Shown: positions 1 to 9,448 of the stretch, in pieces
Position numbering within the stretch: position 1 is the first letter of the stretch
How the letters are laid out: each line of letters opens with the position of its first letter
Assembly: GCA_964016885.1 (NCBI GenBank)
Contig: OZ024750.1
Span: 34,224,001 to 34,288,000 of the forward strand
Reading direction: 5' to 3'
Length of the DNA: 64,000 nucleotides
Origin: Eledone cirrhosa
Taxonomy: Eukaryota
Notes under the pieces: generated by a model
Seen by the model: only the letters and a program-made list of their open reading frames with translations
What the model was told of the DNA's origin: nothing
The model's database searches: none
Position numbers and translations under genes: made by a program

Positions 1-934
1 ATACATTACTTGTATAGCTCTCACAAGCCATTCATCTACACCTAGTTTTCTAAGAGCCCACCAGATAATGGAGCGGGGACTCTGTCGAAGGCTTTTTCCA
101 AGTCAACAAAAGCTAAGTAGAGGGGTTTACTTTTAGCTAGGTACTTCTCCTGTAGTTGTCGTACAAGGAAAAGAGAATCTGTGGTAATTTTACCTGACAC
201 AAACTCAAACTGCATTTCATCTAGATCAATTCGATCTCTGATTAGTTGTGCTATAACACTTTCTGTGAATTTTATGACCTGGTCAACTAATTTAATGCCT
301 GTATAGTTTCCCCTATCTAGAGCACCTCCTTTACCCTTGTAGCAGTTAATGATGATGCTGCTATGCCAGTCATTTGGTATGACCCCATTCTGTATTGGTT
401 TACTATTTGGGTGACCATAGTATGTCCCACCAATCCAGATCCCTTCAATATCTCAGCAACTATCTCTGAAGGCCCAGCTGCCTTAGCTGTCTCCCTATCT
501 TTGATTGCCTTACTTATTATACTACCATTAACTTGCACCGCTGGTCCCTGATTGATTTGGAGCAGACTACCTTTTTTCCCATTTATTCTCCTCATTTAGT
601 AGTCTCTCATATTGACACTTCCAAGCTACCTTCTTATCAGTATCAGTAAGGGCAAATGCACCATTATCATTATGGGCACACTTCTACCCGATAATATTAT
701 GGTTTTCCTTGACACATTGTCTTGTGATCCTGAACACCTCATGTTTTTGGTCCTTGCGTTGTAGAACATGCTTGAACTTTCTATCCTCTGCTTCCCTCCT
801 TGCAAGGTACACTTGTCCCCTAGCTTCTCTCCTGGCCACTTGATAGTGTTCTCTACTTCCCCCAGCCCACCATACTTTCCAAGCCTGCTGTTTGCCCTTG
901 ATTATCTCTTCCACCTTACTGATCCACCACGAAG
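1..934 (-). mobile_element. Degenerate RTE-clade non-LTR retrotransposon (LINE) fragment, reverse transcriptase region; runs off the window start
   Basis: Minus-strand translation gives KAAGPSEIVAEILK, then GVIPNDWHSSIIINCYKGKGGALDRGNYTGIKLVDQVIKF...EMQFEFVSGKITTDSLFLVRQLQEKYLAKSKPLYLAFVDLEKAFDRVP, then after a frameshift SIIWWALRKLGVDEWLVRAIQVMY. These are canonical LINE RT motifs broken by frameshifts. The upstream WWISKVEEIIKGKQQAWKVW segment is also typical. Confidence 0.93.
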
Positions 935-967
935 ATATATATGTATATATGGGGTGGATGTAAACTG

Positions 968-1230
968 TAAGCTATAGTAAAGGCAACCTGTCTTGGAGAC
1001 CTGTCACTCTAAATGAATAATTATGTGGGAGAGTTGTGGACTGTATGACACTGTAAAGGCAACCTGACTAGGAGAGCCATGGACTCTATAAGCCATAGTG
1101 ATGGCAATCCATCCATGAGAGCAGTAATTCTGACTAAATACTTAATTCACAGAAGAGAAGAGGGCTATGTAAGCCATAGTGGAGGAAGGGCAACCTGACA
1201 AGGAGTGCAGTAACTCTCAATAAATATTTG
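968..1230. repeat. Old, degenerate tandem repeat (~4 copies, irregular 40-110 bp spacing)
   Basis: Recurring motifs AGC(C/T)ATAGT, GGCAA(C/T)C(T/C) and GGAGAG/GGAGTGCAGTAA near 970, 1055, 1091 and 1172-1215. Confidence 0.55.
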
Positions 1231-1262
1231 CACAATAAAATGTACATTGCCAAAACTATGAT

Positions 1263-1322
1263 CATGTCAAACCCATGCAAGCTTGGTTAAACAAATGTGA
1301 AAATAATGATGATGATGATGAT
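1263..1322 (+). mobile_element. Retroposon 3'-tail remnant ending in (GAT)n
   Basis: AACCCATGCAAGCTTGG...AATGATGATGATGATGAT is a diverged version of the tails at 1814-1870, 3666-3713 and 7521-7574. Confidence 0.55.
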
Positions 1323-1497
1323 ACCTATAGCATATTATTCAAAAGAAATCAGATGATTTCTTTTGAATGAAACAGTTCTAGTCCTGTAGCTGCCATTTCT
1401 ATATTAAACATGATGGTTACACTCTACTAATGGATTGAGTACCTTATTAACTGTGGTCATCCCCGGTTGAACCCAGGACACCCACACACATACATAG

Positions 1498-1615
1498 TGA
1501 AGGTGCGTGGCTGAGTGGCTAGAGAATTGGATTCGCAATCGTGAGGTTGTGAGCTCAAATCCTGGATCGGGCAGTGCGTTATGTCCTTGATCAAGACACT
1601 TTATTTCACGTTGCT
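1498..1615 (+). mobile_element. 5' part of a tRNA-derived CORE-type SINE (3'-truncated)
   Basis: A-box-like TGGCTGAGTGG, B-box-like GAGCTCAAATCC, and CORE-like TGTCCTTGATCAAGACACTT. Homologous to the minus-strand copy ending at 11069. Confidence 0.8.
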
Positions 1616-1749
1616 TCTTCTGCCTGGATTTGTGACCGGTCGATAGTAATAGTAATTGGAAAGACCAATGGAAACATTGTTTCCTTCGTCCGATTTGATG
1701 AGCTCCACCCCAGTCGTTAAGCGAATGAGGTCTGTGATCTTGTTGATTG
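1616..1749 (-). CDS. Candidate exon of an unidentified minus-strand gene
   Basis: Strong acceptor (T-tract, CTTTTGTATATAACAG|) at 1750-1775. Phase-1 reading is INKITDLIRLTTGVELIKSDEGNNVSIGLSNYYYYRPVTNPGRR. No clear GT donor before it runs into the antisense SINE. No recognised homology. Confidence 0.3.
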
Positions 1750-1813
1750 CTGTTATATACAAAAGAAAAAAAAAATCATTATTTCAATAATTATTCAGCA
1801 ATAAACAGTAATT

Positions 1814-1870
1814 TCATCATCATCATCACCGTTTTACGTCCGTTCTTCCACGCTAGCATGGGTTAGACGG
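1814..1870 (-). mobile_element. Retroposon 3'-tail remnant
   Basis: Reverse complement is CCGTCTAACCCATGCTAGCGTGGAAGAACGGACGTAAAACGGTGATGATGATGATGA, near-identical to 7521-7574. Confidence 0.75.
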
Positions 1871-2044
1871 TACTAATTTGATATATCAATTATCATTCAA
1901 GTTTAGTAAATATTTCTTCACTGAGTTTTATGCTGCCATGAACTGGTTAACATGAAGAGCAATTTAATAGATAAATAATAATTCACTATATCGATATCAA
2001 TGGACCTCCGATGGCTTTGATGATAGGTAGTCCAGTTTTTTTTA

Positions 2045-2456
2045 TTAACCCTTCAGCATTTACATTACCCTATATATACTATTATATTTTCCCGGTAAAG
2101 GCTTTACCTTGCATAATTATCTCAGATAATTGTTTCTACTTTAGGCACAAGGCCAGCAATTACCCAGTGCATTACTGGTACTTTATTTTATCGACCCCGT
2201 AAGGATGAAAGGCAAATTCAACCTCGGCGGGATTTGAACTCAGATCGTAAAGGGACGTAACTATGCTAGAAAGCATGGCGTCCGACCCTCTACCGATACT
2301 GCCAATCCACCAGATAATATCAAATATACGAGGTTTTGATATTTATTTTGAGAACAATACCTTAATGTCAGTATGAGCAGCTTGTTAGCCAGTTTGAACT
2401 GAAAGAGTTGAGAGAATTATGGGCGGATATGGCCGGTTTAAATGCTAAAGGTTTAA
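2045..2456. mobile_element. piggyBac-like MITE (TTAA TSD, CCCT terminus) carrying a SINE insertion
   Basis: Left end TTAA-CCCTTCAGCATTTA (from 2045) and right end TAAATGCTAAAGGT-TTAA (to 2456) are imperfect inverted termini bounded by TTAA. No transposase. Confidence 0.65.
2131..2311 (-). mobile_element. Young tRNA-derived SINE, family A
   Basis: Near-identical reverse complement of 3033-3210. B-box GAGTTCAAATCC, central GCCTTTCATCCTTACGGGGTCGATAAAAT. TSD CAGATAAT at 2123-2130 and 2311-2318. Confidence 0.92.
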
Positions 2457-2487
2457 TGGAAGTGCCTGCTCATGAAATTTATGTGTC

Positions 2488-2723
2488 AGTGGCTGAGTAT
2501 TCCATAGATATATGTACTGTTAATGTAATTCTCAGGAAGATTCAGCATGACACAGTGTGTAAAACAATGCTGACCCTTTTGAATTACAGGTACAGTCTAT
2601 CGTGTATTATTGTGTAAGTGGCTGAGCATTCCACAGACACATATACCATTAAAATAATTCTCAAGGAGATTCAGCCTAACACAATGTGTGACAAGTCTGA
2701 CCGTTTCAATTACAGGTACAGTC
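2488..2723 (-). mobile_element. Two tandem copies of a SINE 3' segment
   Basis: GTGGCTGAG...TTCTCA(G/A)G(A/G)AGATTCAGC...AATTACAGGTACAGTCT occurs at ~2489-2598 and ~2618-2723. The same segment is in the SINE at 9984-10196. Confidence 0.75.
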
Positions 2724-2726
2724 TGA

Positions 2727-2890
2727 CAGGCTTCCAAACAGTTTTTGTCTACTAAATTTCATACACAAGACATGAGTCAACCCATGACTATGTTAAATGA
2801 CACTTACCCCGCTCCCCCAAGATGCCATTCAGTGTGATTGAACCCCAAGACCTAATGATTGTCAAATTAACTTCTTAACCATTGCTGTGT
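2727..2890 (-). mobile_element. Diverged tRNA-derived CORE-type SINE
   Basis: GACACTTACCC...CAAGATGCC (antisense CORE-like), GTGATTGAACCC (antisense B-box) and CTTAACCATTG (antisense A-box). Confidence 0.6.
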
Positions 2891-2900
2891 CCTACAATAA

Positions 2901-3389
2901 GGAGAAGGGTAAAGATCCCATAACTCCTTGTGGAGTCGTAGAGGCACCGTCAAACGGTGTGTTTAGGACACTTTCAAAACAGGCGGGGCCCAACCCTCTC
3001 CAGGTCTGAACACAGTCGATTATTTCTATAGAGGATTGGCAGTATCGGTAGAGGGTCGGACGCCATGCTTTCCAGCATAGTTACGTCCCTTTACGATCTG
3101 AGTTCAAATCCCGCCGAGGTTGACTTTGCCTTTCATCCTTACGGGGTCGATAAAATAAAGTACCAGTAATGCACTGGGTAATTGCTGGCCTTGTGCCTAA
3201 AGTAGAAACAATTATTTCTATAGAGGAAGAATCGACCCCAGTACTGGACTGGTACTTTATTTATCGACCTCGAAAGGATGAAAGGCAAAGTTGACCCCTG
3301 GCGGGATTTGAACTCAGAGCACGCAATGAGGTGGGACGAATACCGTAAAGTATTCTATCCGACGTCTTAATGACTCTGCTAATTCAAGG
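2901..3389 (-). mobile_element. Older SINE sharing the family A head/central domain but with a longer 3' tail; interrupted by a younger SINE
   Basis: 3231-3389 is homologous to family A (B-box; GCCTTTCATCCTTTCGAGGTCGATAAAT). Its tail continues at 2901-3018 and ends CTTTACCCTTCTCC. 10-bp TSD CCTACAATAA at 2891-2900 and 3390-3399. Confidence 0.85.
3033..3210 (+). mobile_element. Young tRNA-derived SINE, family A
   Basis: GGATTGGCAGTATCGGTAGAG...AAAGTAGAAACA. TSD ATTATTTCTATAGAGGA at 3019-3035 and 3211-3227. Confidence 0.93.
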
Positions 3390-3633
3390 CCTACAATAAC
3401 TTAGAGTGTAAATAAGAGATTATATCACTTCTTTCCTGAACACAAACCTTGACACTTTTACAGGAAGAGAAATAAGATATTATTATGTTCATTCTTTGAC
3501 AAAAGACATGAAAAACCTTTCATCAATGACTCTGTTTCCTATTAAATGATAACACTATATAGATATTTCGTTTCTGAATTTGTTTAGCAAGATTCTTTAT
3601 CTTATTGGCAACATGACCCTCCCAAAGTATAAC

Positions 3634-3665
<32 letters not shown>

Positions 3666-3669
<4 letters not shown>

Positions 3670-3930
3670 TCATCGTTTAACGTCCATTTTCCACGCTAGC
3701 ATGGGTCTGGACGGGAACTGTCCCACTTGAGGGAAGATTGGTTGTCTTGCTCAAGACTGTCTGGCGGGTTTTCTACGGCTGGATGCCCTTCCTAACACCA
3801 ACCACGTTTACAGTGTGGACTGGGAGGTTTTTACCGTGTTGCCTACACGGCCACATTACAGCGTGGACTGTTTTTTTTTTTGTCGTGACACCTACACGAC
3901 CTCATTTGTTTTGGACTGGATGTTGTGGTA
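3666..3930 (-). mobile_element. 5'-truncated retroposon 3' end, flanked by (TA)n on both sides
   Basis: Same (GAT)n tail family, plus antisense GGTTGGTGTTAGGAAGGGCATCCAGCCGTAGAAA, a motif I recall from RTE-associated retroposons. (TA)n tracts at ~3637-3667 and ~3936-3959. Confidence 0.7.
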
Positions 3931-4059
3931 CCAACATATATATATATATATATATATATGATTGATTCATTCATCAGGCAAAACTGGTTAAGGATAGACA
4001 CCACACGTATGTGTTTATACTTATGTATCTATATGTATTTTCTATAATTTGTCTTTATA

Positions 4060-4094
<35 letters not shown>

Positions 4095-4095
<1 letters not shown>

Positions 4096-4135
4096 GCATG
4101 GCCTCAGCCGGATGGCTGAAACAGGTAAAAGAGTA
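4095..4135 (+). mobile_element. Short retroposon-tail-like remnant within (TA)n
   Basis: CATGGCCTCAGCCGGATGGCTGAAACAGGTAAAAGAGTAA contains a TCAGCC/GGCTGA stem-loop followed by an A-rich end. Confidence 0.45.
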
Positions 4136-4343
4136 ATATACACACACACACACATACACACATATATAATTATTGATACATATATATGTATATATATATA
4201 TAGTTATTGATATAAACTAATTATAATTATCCTGCCTAATTAGTTTCTACATACTCCCTAATGAGGCTAAAAAATCAATCTCCATTGCAGTAAAGTACTT
4301 TTATTTGTCAACCCAGCTACTTTACTAAAATAGAAGAACTTAC

Positions 4344-4385
4344 GTATGACAGAAACATAGGAAACACAATAAATGATTTCCTGAC
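4344..4385 (-). CDS. Candidate 42-bp phase 1-1 mini-exon
   Basis: TTCCTTGATAAAACAG|GTCAGGAAATCATTTATTGTGTTTCCTATGTTTCTGTCATAC|GTAAGT has a consensus donor and an open frame (xQEIIYCVSYVSVIx). Phase-compatible with the 1749 acceptor. Confidence 0.33.
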
Positions 4386-4505
4386 CTGTTTTATCAAGGA
4401 AATCATTTGAAAGATAAACCATTAATTTATAAATAACAAGTAAGTTCATTGAACCCACGCATTAGCAAGATATTCTTGAAAAGTATAAAGAAGCAATATA
4501 TGATT

Positions 4506-4965
4506 TCATCGCATAAAAACATCAATTCTTCCTCTTTGTCCTCCTATTCCTGAGAGGGTCATGACACACACACACACACGCACACGCACACGCACGCGCA
4601 CACGCACACGCGCACGCACACGCACGCACACGCACGCACACGTACGCACACGCACGTACACGCAGGCGCACGCACGCACGCACACACACAACACACTCTC
4701 TCTTTCTTTCTCTCTTTCTCTCTTTCTCTCTTTCTTTCTCTCTTTTTCTCTCTTTTTCTCTCTTTCTTTCTCTCTTTCTCTCTTTCTCTCTTTCTCTCTC
4801 TCTCTCTCTCCTTCTCTCTTTCTTTCTCTCTCTCTCTCTCTCCTTCCAGTGGGTCCTGTCAGAAGCACTCATCTCCAAGCAAGACCAGTCAAACTCATGG
4901 ATGTTATCCAACCATCTTGCTCATTGTCTACCTCTGGGTCTCCTGCCAGTTGGTTTTGCCTGTAA
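4506..4965 (-). mobile_element. LINE (RTE-like) ORF C-terminus/3' end, split by a compound microsatellite
   Basis: 4845-4965 translates on minus as ILQAKPTGRRPRGRQ*ARWLDNIHEFDWSCLEMSASDRTHWK, matching the GxRxRGRPxxRWxD...DRxxW C-terminal signature, with an in-frame stop. Confidence 0.7.
4565..4843. repeat. Compound microsatellite (CA)n-(GCAC)n-(CT/CTTT)n
   Basis: Read directly from the sequence. Confidence 0.97.
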
Positions 4966-5040
4966 AATCATCAAGTCATTATTCTAATATACTATTAAAA
5001 CATTTTCACCATGTTCTATCCACCAATAGAATATAAACAT

Positions 5041-5495
5041 TTAACCCTTTAGTTACCAACCCAGCCAAAACTGGCTCAGGTTCTATGAAATAAAGTCATC
5101 CATTTTAAAGGTTTTCAATTTAAATTAAAATCTTCCAACATTATTTTATATAAGAGTTATATATATTATAGGGCGGTGGATTGGCAGTATCGGTAGAGGG
5201 TCGGACACCATGCTTTCCAGCATAGTTACGTCCCTTTACGATCTGAGTTCAAATCCCGCCGAGGTTGACTTTGCCTTTCATCCTTGTGGGGTCGATAAAA
5301 TAAAGTACGAGTAATACACTGAGATAATTGCTGGCCTTGTGCATAAAGTAGAAACAATTATTTTATATAAGAACTTTACATTAAGTTACTATCTTAGTAA
5401 TGAAATAGTTGATAATTTTAGAGAATTCTTCAAAATTCTTCATTACCTAATTAAAATAGTATATATCATTAGAAATATGGTCATGAAAGGATTAA
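5041..5495. mobile_element. Second TTAA-flanked piggyBac-like MITE carrying a SINE insertion
   Basis: TTAACCCTTTAGTTACCAA (from 5041) versus ATGGTCATGAAAGGATTAA (to 5495): 14/19 inverted match including the TTAA. Confidence 0.55.
5171..5356 (+). mobile_element. Full-length tRNA-derived SINE, family A
   Basis: GGGCGGTGGATTGGCAGTATCGG...AGTAGAAACA. 16-bp TSD ATTATTTTATATAAGA at 5140-5155 and 5357-5372. Confidence 0.93.
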
Positions 5496-6361
5496 ATTAA
5501 CAAACCTATTTTCAGATATTTTCTACTAAACCATTACTGGATGTTAAGAGTTAAAGCCACTTTTAACCAAATTCTTACAATTTATTTGCCACTGTGTTCA
5601 TTATTGATATTTTATTAGTATTTTTCTTAAGATTAGTCAAACTTCTAACCTCATTCTACTTCTCAATCTACATCCTGTTTATTTTAAGGACTGGTTGTTA
5701 ACAAGATATTTTTTATAGATAGAGGATGCAGTTATCTGCTGGTTTCGGGTAACTTTTCACTTATTTTTCTCAGAATTTTGATTATTTATTGTATTTAGGC
5801 CACATTGATACATTATATAACGACTTGTTCTATCTCCTACTGAATGTCTTTCTGAAAATGTCTCAAGCTGTGTATACAGCTACACTTAGAGACAGCTTTA
5901 GTTAAAATTGCTTGACAAGAATCTTTTACAATCTATGCTCTCCAGTATTTTCATATATGTAAAGCAAAAAGCAAGAAAAAGCAACAGCAGTCATATATTA
6001 TTTTAATGTATATAGAGAGCACAGATGGCAAAATCTATTAGATACTGGGAAACTAATTTAAAGAGTGCCAGATAGCTAACTCTGAGTCGCCGAGGATAAT
6101 CTCTTATGTTTTCTTCTATGCAAAGGAATAATTGAAAGTATTTTTATTTCATTCTTTCCAGAGCAAAGGCCTCTAGAAAATAAATAAATAAATAAATAGA
6201 TAAAGTAAGCTATAGATGTATCTATATCAAGTTTACACCAAATCTACAATGCAATTTAATTCGAGGGGTTTTTATATTTGTTGTATTTGATAAAAATCTT
6301 GCTCTTAGACATATGTTGCAAACTAACTTTCAGATTGTTTTTATAAAGCTGATATATGTTT

Positions 6362-6656
6362 GATTTAATGAAAGTAGCACATAGAACAAGTGTATTTCTT
6401 GAACCACCAATTTAATGAAAGTAATACAGGGACAAGTGTATTCCTTGAGCCACAGATTTAATGAAAGTAATACAGGGACAAGTGTATTCCTTGAGCCACA
6501 GATTTAATGAAAGTAATACAGGGACAAGTGTATTCCTTGAGCCACAGATTTAATGAAAGTAATACAGGGACAAGTGTATTCCTTGAGCCACAGATTTAAT
6601 GAAAGTAACACAGATAACAAGTGCATTCCTTGAGCCATAGATTTAATGAAAGTAAC
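6362..6656. repeat. 46-bp minisatellite, ~6.3 copies
   Basis: Unit GATTTAATGAAAGTAATACAGGGACAAGTGTATTCCTTGAGCCACA. Central copies are identical; terminal copies are diverged. Confidence 0.97.
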
Positions 6657-6834
6657 TGTTCAGAGAAGTAACAGCTCTACCTGGAGCAACTGCCTGATCT
6701 CTGAGCTACACACTTTATTGGGTAAAGTTAGTTCAAAAGACCTTTTGAAGGAACTCTATTTCAACCACTTGTATTTCAAAACACTATTTCTATATAGCCT
6801 TTAAAATATTTTTAGTGAGAGTCTCTTCTAAATC

Positions 6835-7082
6835 CAGAGGCTCATTAGGTTTATCCCTGTTTCATTGATGTTAAGTAACTGACAGTACAAGATTTCCTCC
6901 TGGATAGGACGCTAGTTCATCACAATGTTAACCCTCTAGCTACTGAGGGTACTTATTTTCAGCTGAGTTAACTGGATCAATATGAAATGAAATTAAATGT
7001 TTTGCTCAAGAAAACAATGTACCACATGATTCAAACCATCACATTATGATTGTAAGTCCAATACTGTAACCAGTAAGCCACA
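6835..7082 (-). mobile_element. Diverged CORE-type SINE with a distinct 3' domain
   Basis: CAGCTGAGTTAACTGGA...TGTTTTGCTCAAGAAAACAA and AACCAGTAAGCCA are shared with 10940-11069; the 6835-6950 segment differs. Confidence 0.65.
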
Positions 7083-7274
7083 CACACACACACCATCTAT
7101 GATCAACTTAGCTACAGTGTAAACATCTAATAACCAGCCTAGAGTCAATAATATTTGACTGACATTTTCAATTGTTCTCTCTTATATTTGCCACCTGAAA
7201 CTAATTACTCATTTCTTTTGTCTATTTTATAACCAGAAGCAATTAATATTAAGAATCAATAAACCTTATCTATT

Positions 7275-7313
<39 letters not shown>

Positions 7314-7354
7314 TTGTATATTTAATAGGTTATATCATATTTGTAGTCTTTTAT

Positions 7355-7404
7355 ATAGGAAAAAGTTTAACCACAATGGCCGTTGGGGTTAAACTTTTTC
7401 CTAT
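7355..7404. repeat. 50-bp spacerless palindrome (23/25 arm match)
   Basis: ATAGGAAAAAGTTTAACCACAATGG|CCGTTGGGGTTAAACTTTTTCCTAT. Confidence 0.95.
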
Positions 7405-7520
7405 TACCCACTCTACTACTTTAAGTATTGAGTACTCGGGTGTGTTATGGGCCATCTGGTTCCTTACCACACCTCCTTCGTTAGATATATATATATATAT
7501 ATATATATATCATCATATAT

Positions 7521-7573
7521 ATGTCTAACCCATGCTAGCGTGGAAGAATGGACGTAAAACGATGATGATGATG

Positions 7574-7574
<1 letters not shown>
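7521..7574 (+). mobile_element. Retroposon 3'-tail remnant within (TA)n
   Basis: GTCTAACCCATGCTAGCGTGGAAGAATGGACGTAAAACGATGATGATGATGAT, flanked by TA tracts. Confidence 0.75.
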
Positions 7575-7595
<21 letters not shown>

Positions 7596-7604
<9 letters not shown>

Positions 7605-7860
7605 TAAACAAATAATGAATAAAACAATGAAACAGTTCCTTATATTAAACAAAAAAAGTTCATTATTTAACGATCGTTTCTAGGATATATATGTGTTAGA
7701 ATTGGCATGCATATTCAACAGATCTATGTACAAAATTATACAAAATTATACAAACTATCAAGATTAAATATACATACCAAACACACATATACGCCGTCTT
7801 CAGAAATAATGAAATATATTTATTGATAATAACAACAATTCAAAATTTCAGGTCCGTTTG
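7596..7860 (-). repeat. Left arm of 265-bp inverted repeat
   Basis: Reverse complement of 9449-9713; no mismatch found by eye. Confidence 0.97.
7659..7813 (-). ncRNA. Type I hammerhead ribozyme motif with long stem II (inverted copy)
   Basis: Reverse complement of 9496-9650. Confidence 0.68.
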
Positions 7861-8026
7861 AGTGAGAGTGTAGTGGTGTTTGTATGTATATACGCATATA
7901 TGGATGCGTATGTATTTGTATATATGAGTATATGTAAGTGCGTATGTATGTATGAATATATATCTATGTCTATGTATGAGTATATATGTGTGTGTATGTA
8001 TGTTGTGTGTGTATGTATGTATGTGT

Positions 8027-8058
<32 letters not shown>

Positions 8059-8124
8059 GTGTGTATATGTATGTATGTATGTGTATGTATGTACATATAT
8101 GTGTATGTATATGTGTGTGTGTAT

Positions 8125-8164
<40 letters not shown>

Positions 8165-8362
8165 CTTTATTTTATATATATGTGTGTGTGTGTATGTATG
8201 TATGTGTATATATATCTTTATATATGCGTATGTGTATGTTCGTGTAGGTGTATATGTGTGTATGACTATATATGTATGTGTGTATGTGTGTATGTATGTA
8301 TGTGTATGTGTGTGTACATGTATGTATGTGTATGTATATATATGTGTGTATATGTGTATGTG

Positions 8363-8398
<36 letters not shown>

Positions 8399-8685
8399 TA
8401 TATGTATATGTATCTCTATTTGTATGTGTATATGTATATGTATATACCTTTTTCTTTGTATGTCTGAGTTGTGTGAGAGTGTAGTGGTGTTTGTATGTAT
8501 ATACCGATATATGGATGCGTAAGTATTTGTGTGTATGTATGTATGTATGTCTGTATGTATTTGTGTGTATATATAGGTATGTATGTGTATGTCTGTATGT
8601 ATATAAGTATGTATGTATATGTATATGTGCGTGTATGTGTATATATATGTGTGTCTATATATGTATGTGTGATTATATATGGATA

Positions 8686-8734
<49 letters not shown>

Positions 8735-8800
8735 ATATGTGTGTATGTATGTATATGTATATGTTTATATATGTGTGTGTGTGTGTGTTCTATGTGTAGA

Positions 8801-8875
<75 letters not shown>
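7861..8875. repeat. Compound (TA)/(TG)/(TATG) microsatellite block made of two ~611-bp-spaced units
   Basis: The anchor GTGAGAGTGTAGTGGTGTTTGTATGTATATAC..ATATATGGATGCGTA occurs at 7862 and 8473, each followed by degenerate TA/TG repeats. Confidence 0.92.
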
Positions 8876-8878
<3 letters not shown>

Positions 8879-9448
8879 TCTTGTTATATTTCTTTTTTCT
8901 TTTTTCTTTTTCTTTTCTTTCCTTTTTATTTTTTATTTCTTAGTTTATAGATACATCTATAAATAAGCAGTCTGCCCAAACCGTTGAATACTGACCTCTC
9001 CCCCCCTCCCACCTAATTTCTGTATCTTGATCTAAATGTGTGTGGCAGTGTTTATGTGAGTGAATTAATATCCATGTGCTTATGATAATATTATATCCAC
9101 ATATATATGTGTGTGGGGGTTGTGTGTGTGTATGTATGTTCGTAATTATGTGTATGTTTATGCATATACGCGCGCGTGTGTGTGAGTGTACGGATATGTG
9201 TGAGTATGAGAATATGTGTATACACTTATTTCATATTTATGTGTCTATACGCATTTTATCTGTGCATTATAAACTTACAGAGACATTAGCCTTGAAATTT
9301 TGTATTTGCATGCATCTTTTTGGCATGCGTATGCATGTTGAGCATACATCTTTGTATAAATATGTGTACGGGGTTAGTTACATGTATATACACACACCAA
9401 ACTGCATAAAACCTTTTGTATTTTCATTGGTCAATTTTGAACTGTTCC

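Noticed and set aside
1498-1570. tRNA gene
   Set aside because: A/B boxes are present but it continues into a CORE-like domain and has diverged homologues in the window, so it is a SINE head.
4506-4965. ERERK- and THTRT-rich ORFs
   Set aside because: Translations of (CT)n and (CA)n tracts.
5720-5749. Plus-strand 30-bp mini-exon (TTTTTATAG|...|GTAACT)
   Set aside because: Weak donor and no partner exon; expected by chance in AT-rich DNA.
7521-7540. Satellite derived from the retroposon tail (CTAACCCATG versus CTAACACATG)
   Set aside because: Only a 9/10 match, with no similarity over the rest of the unit.
7848-8966. Cys/Val/Tyr/Met-rich ORFs
   Set aside because: Translations of TA/TG microsatellite.
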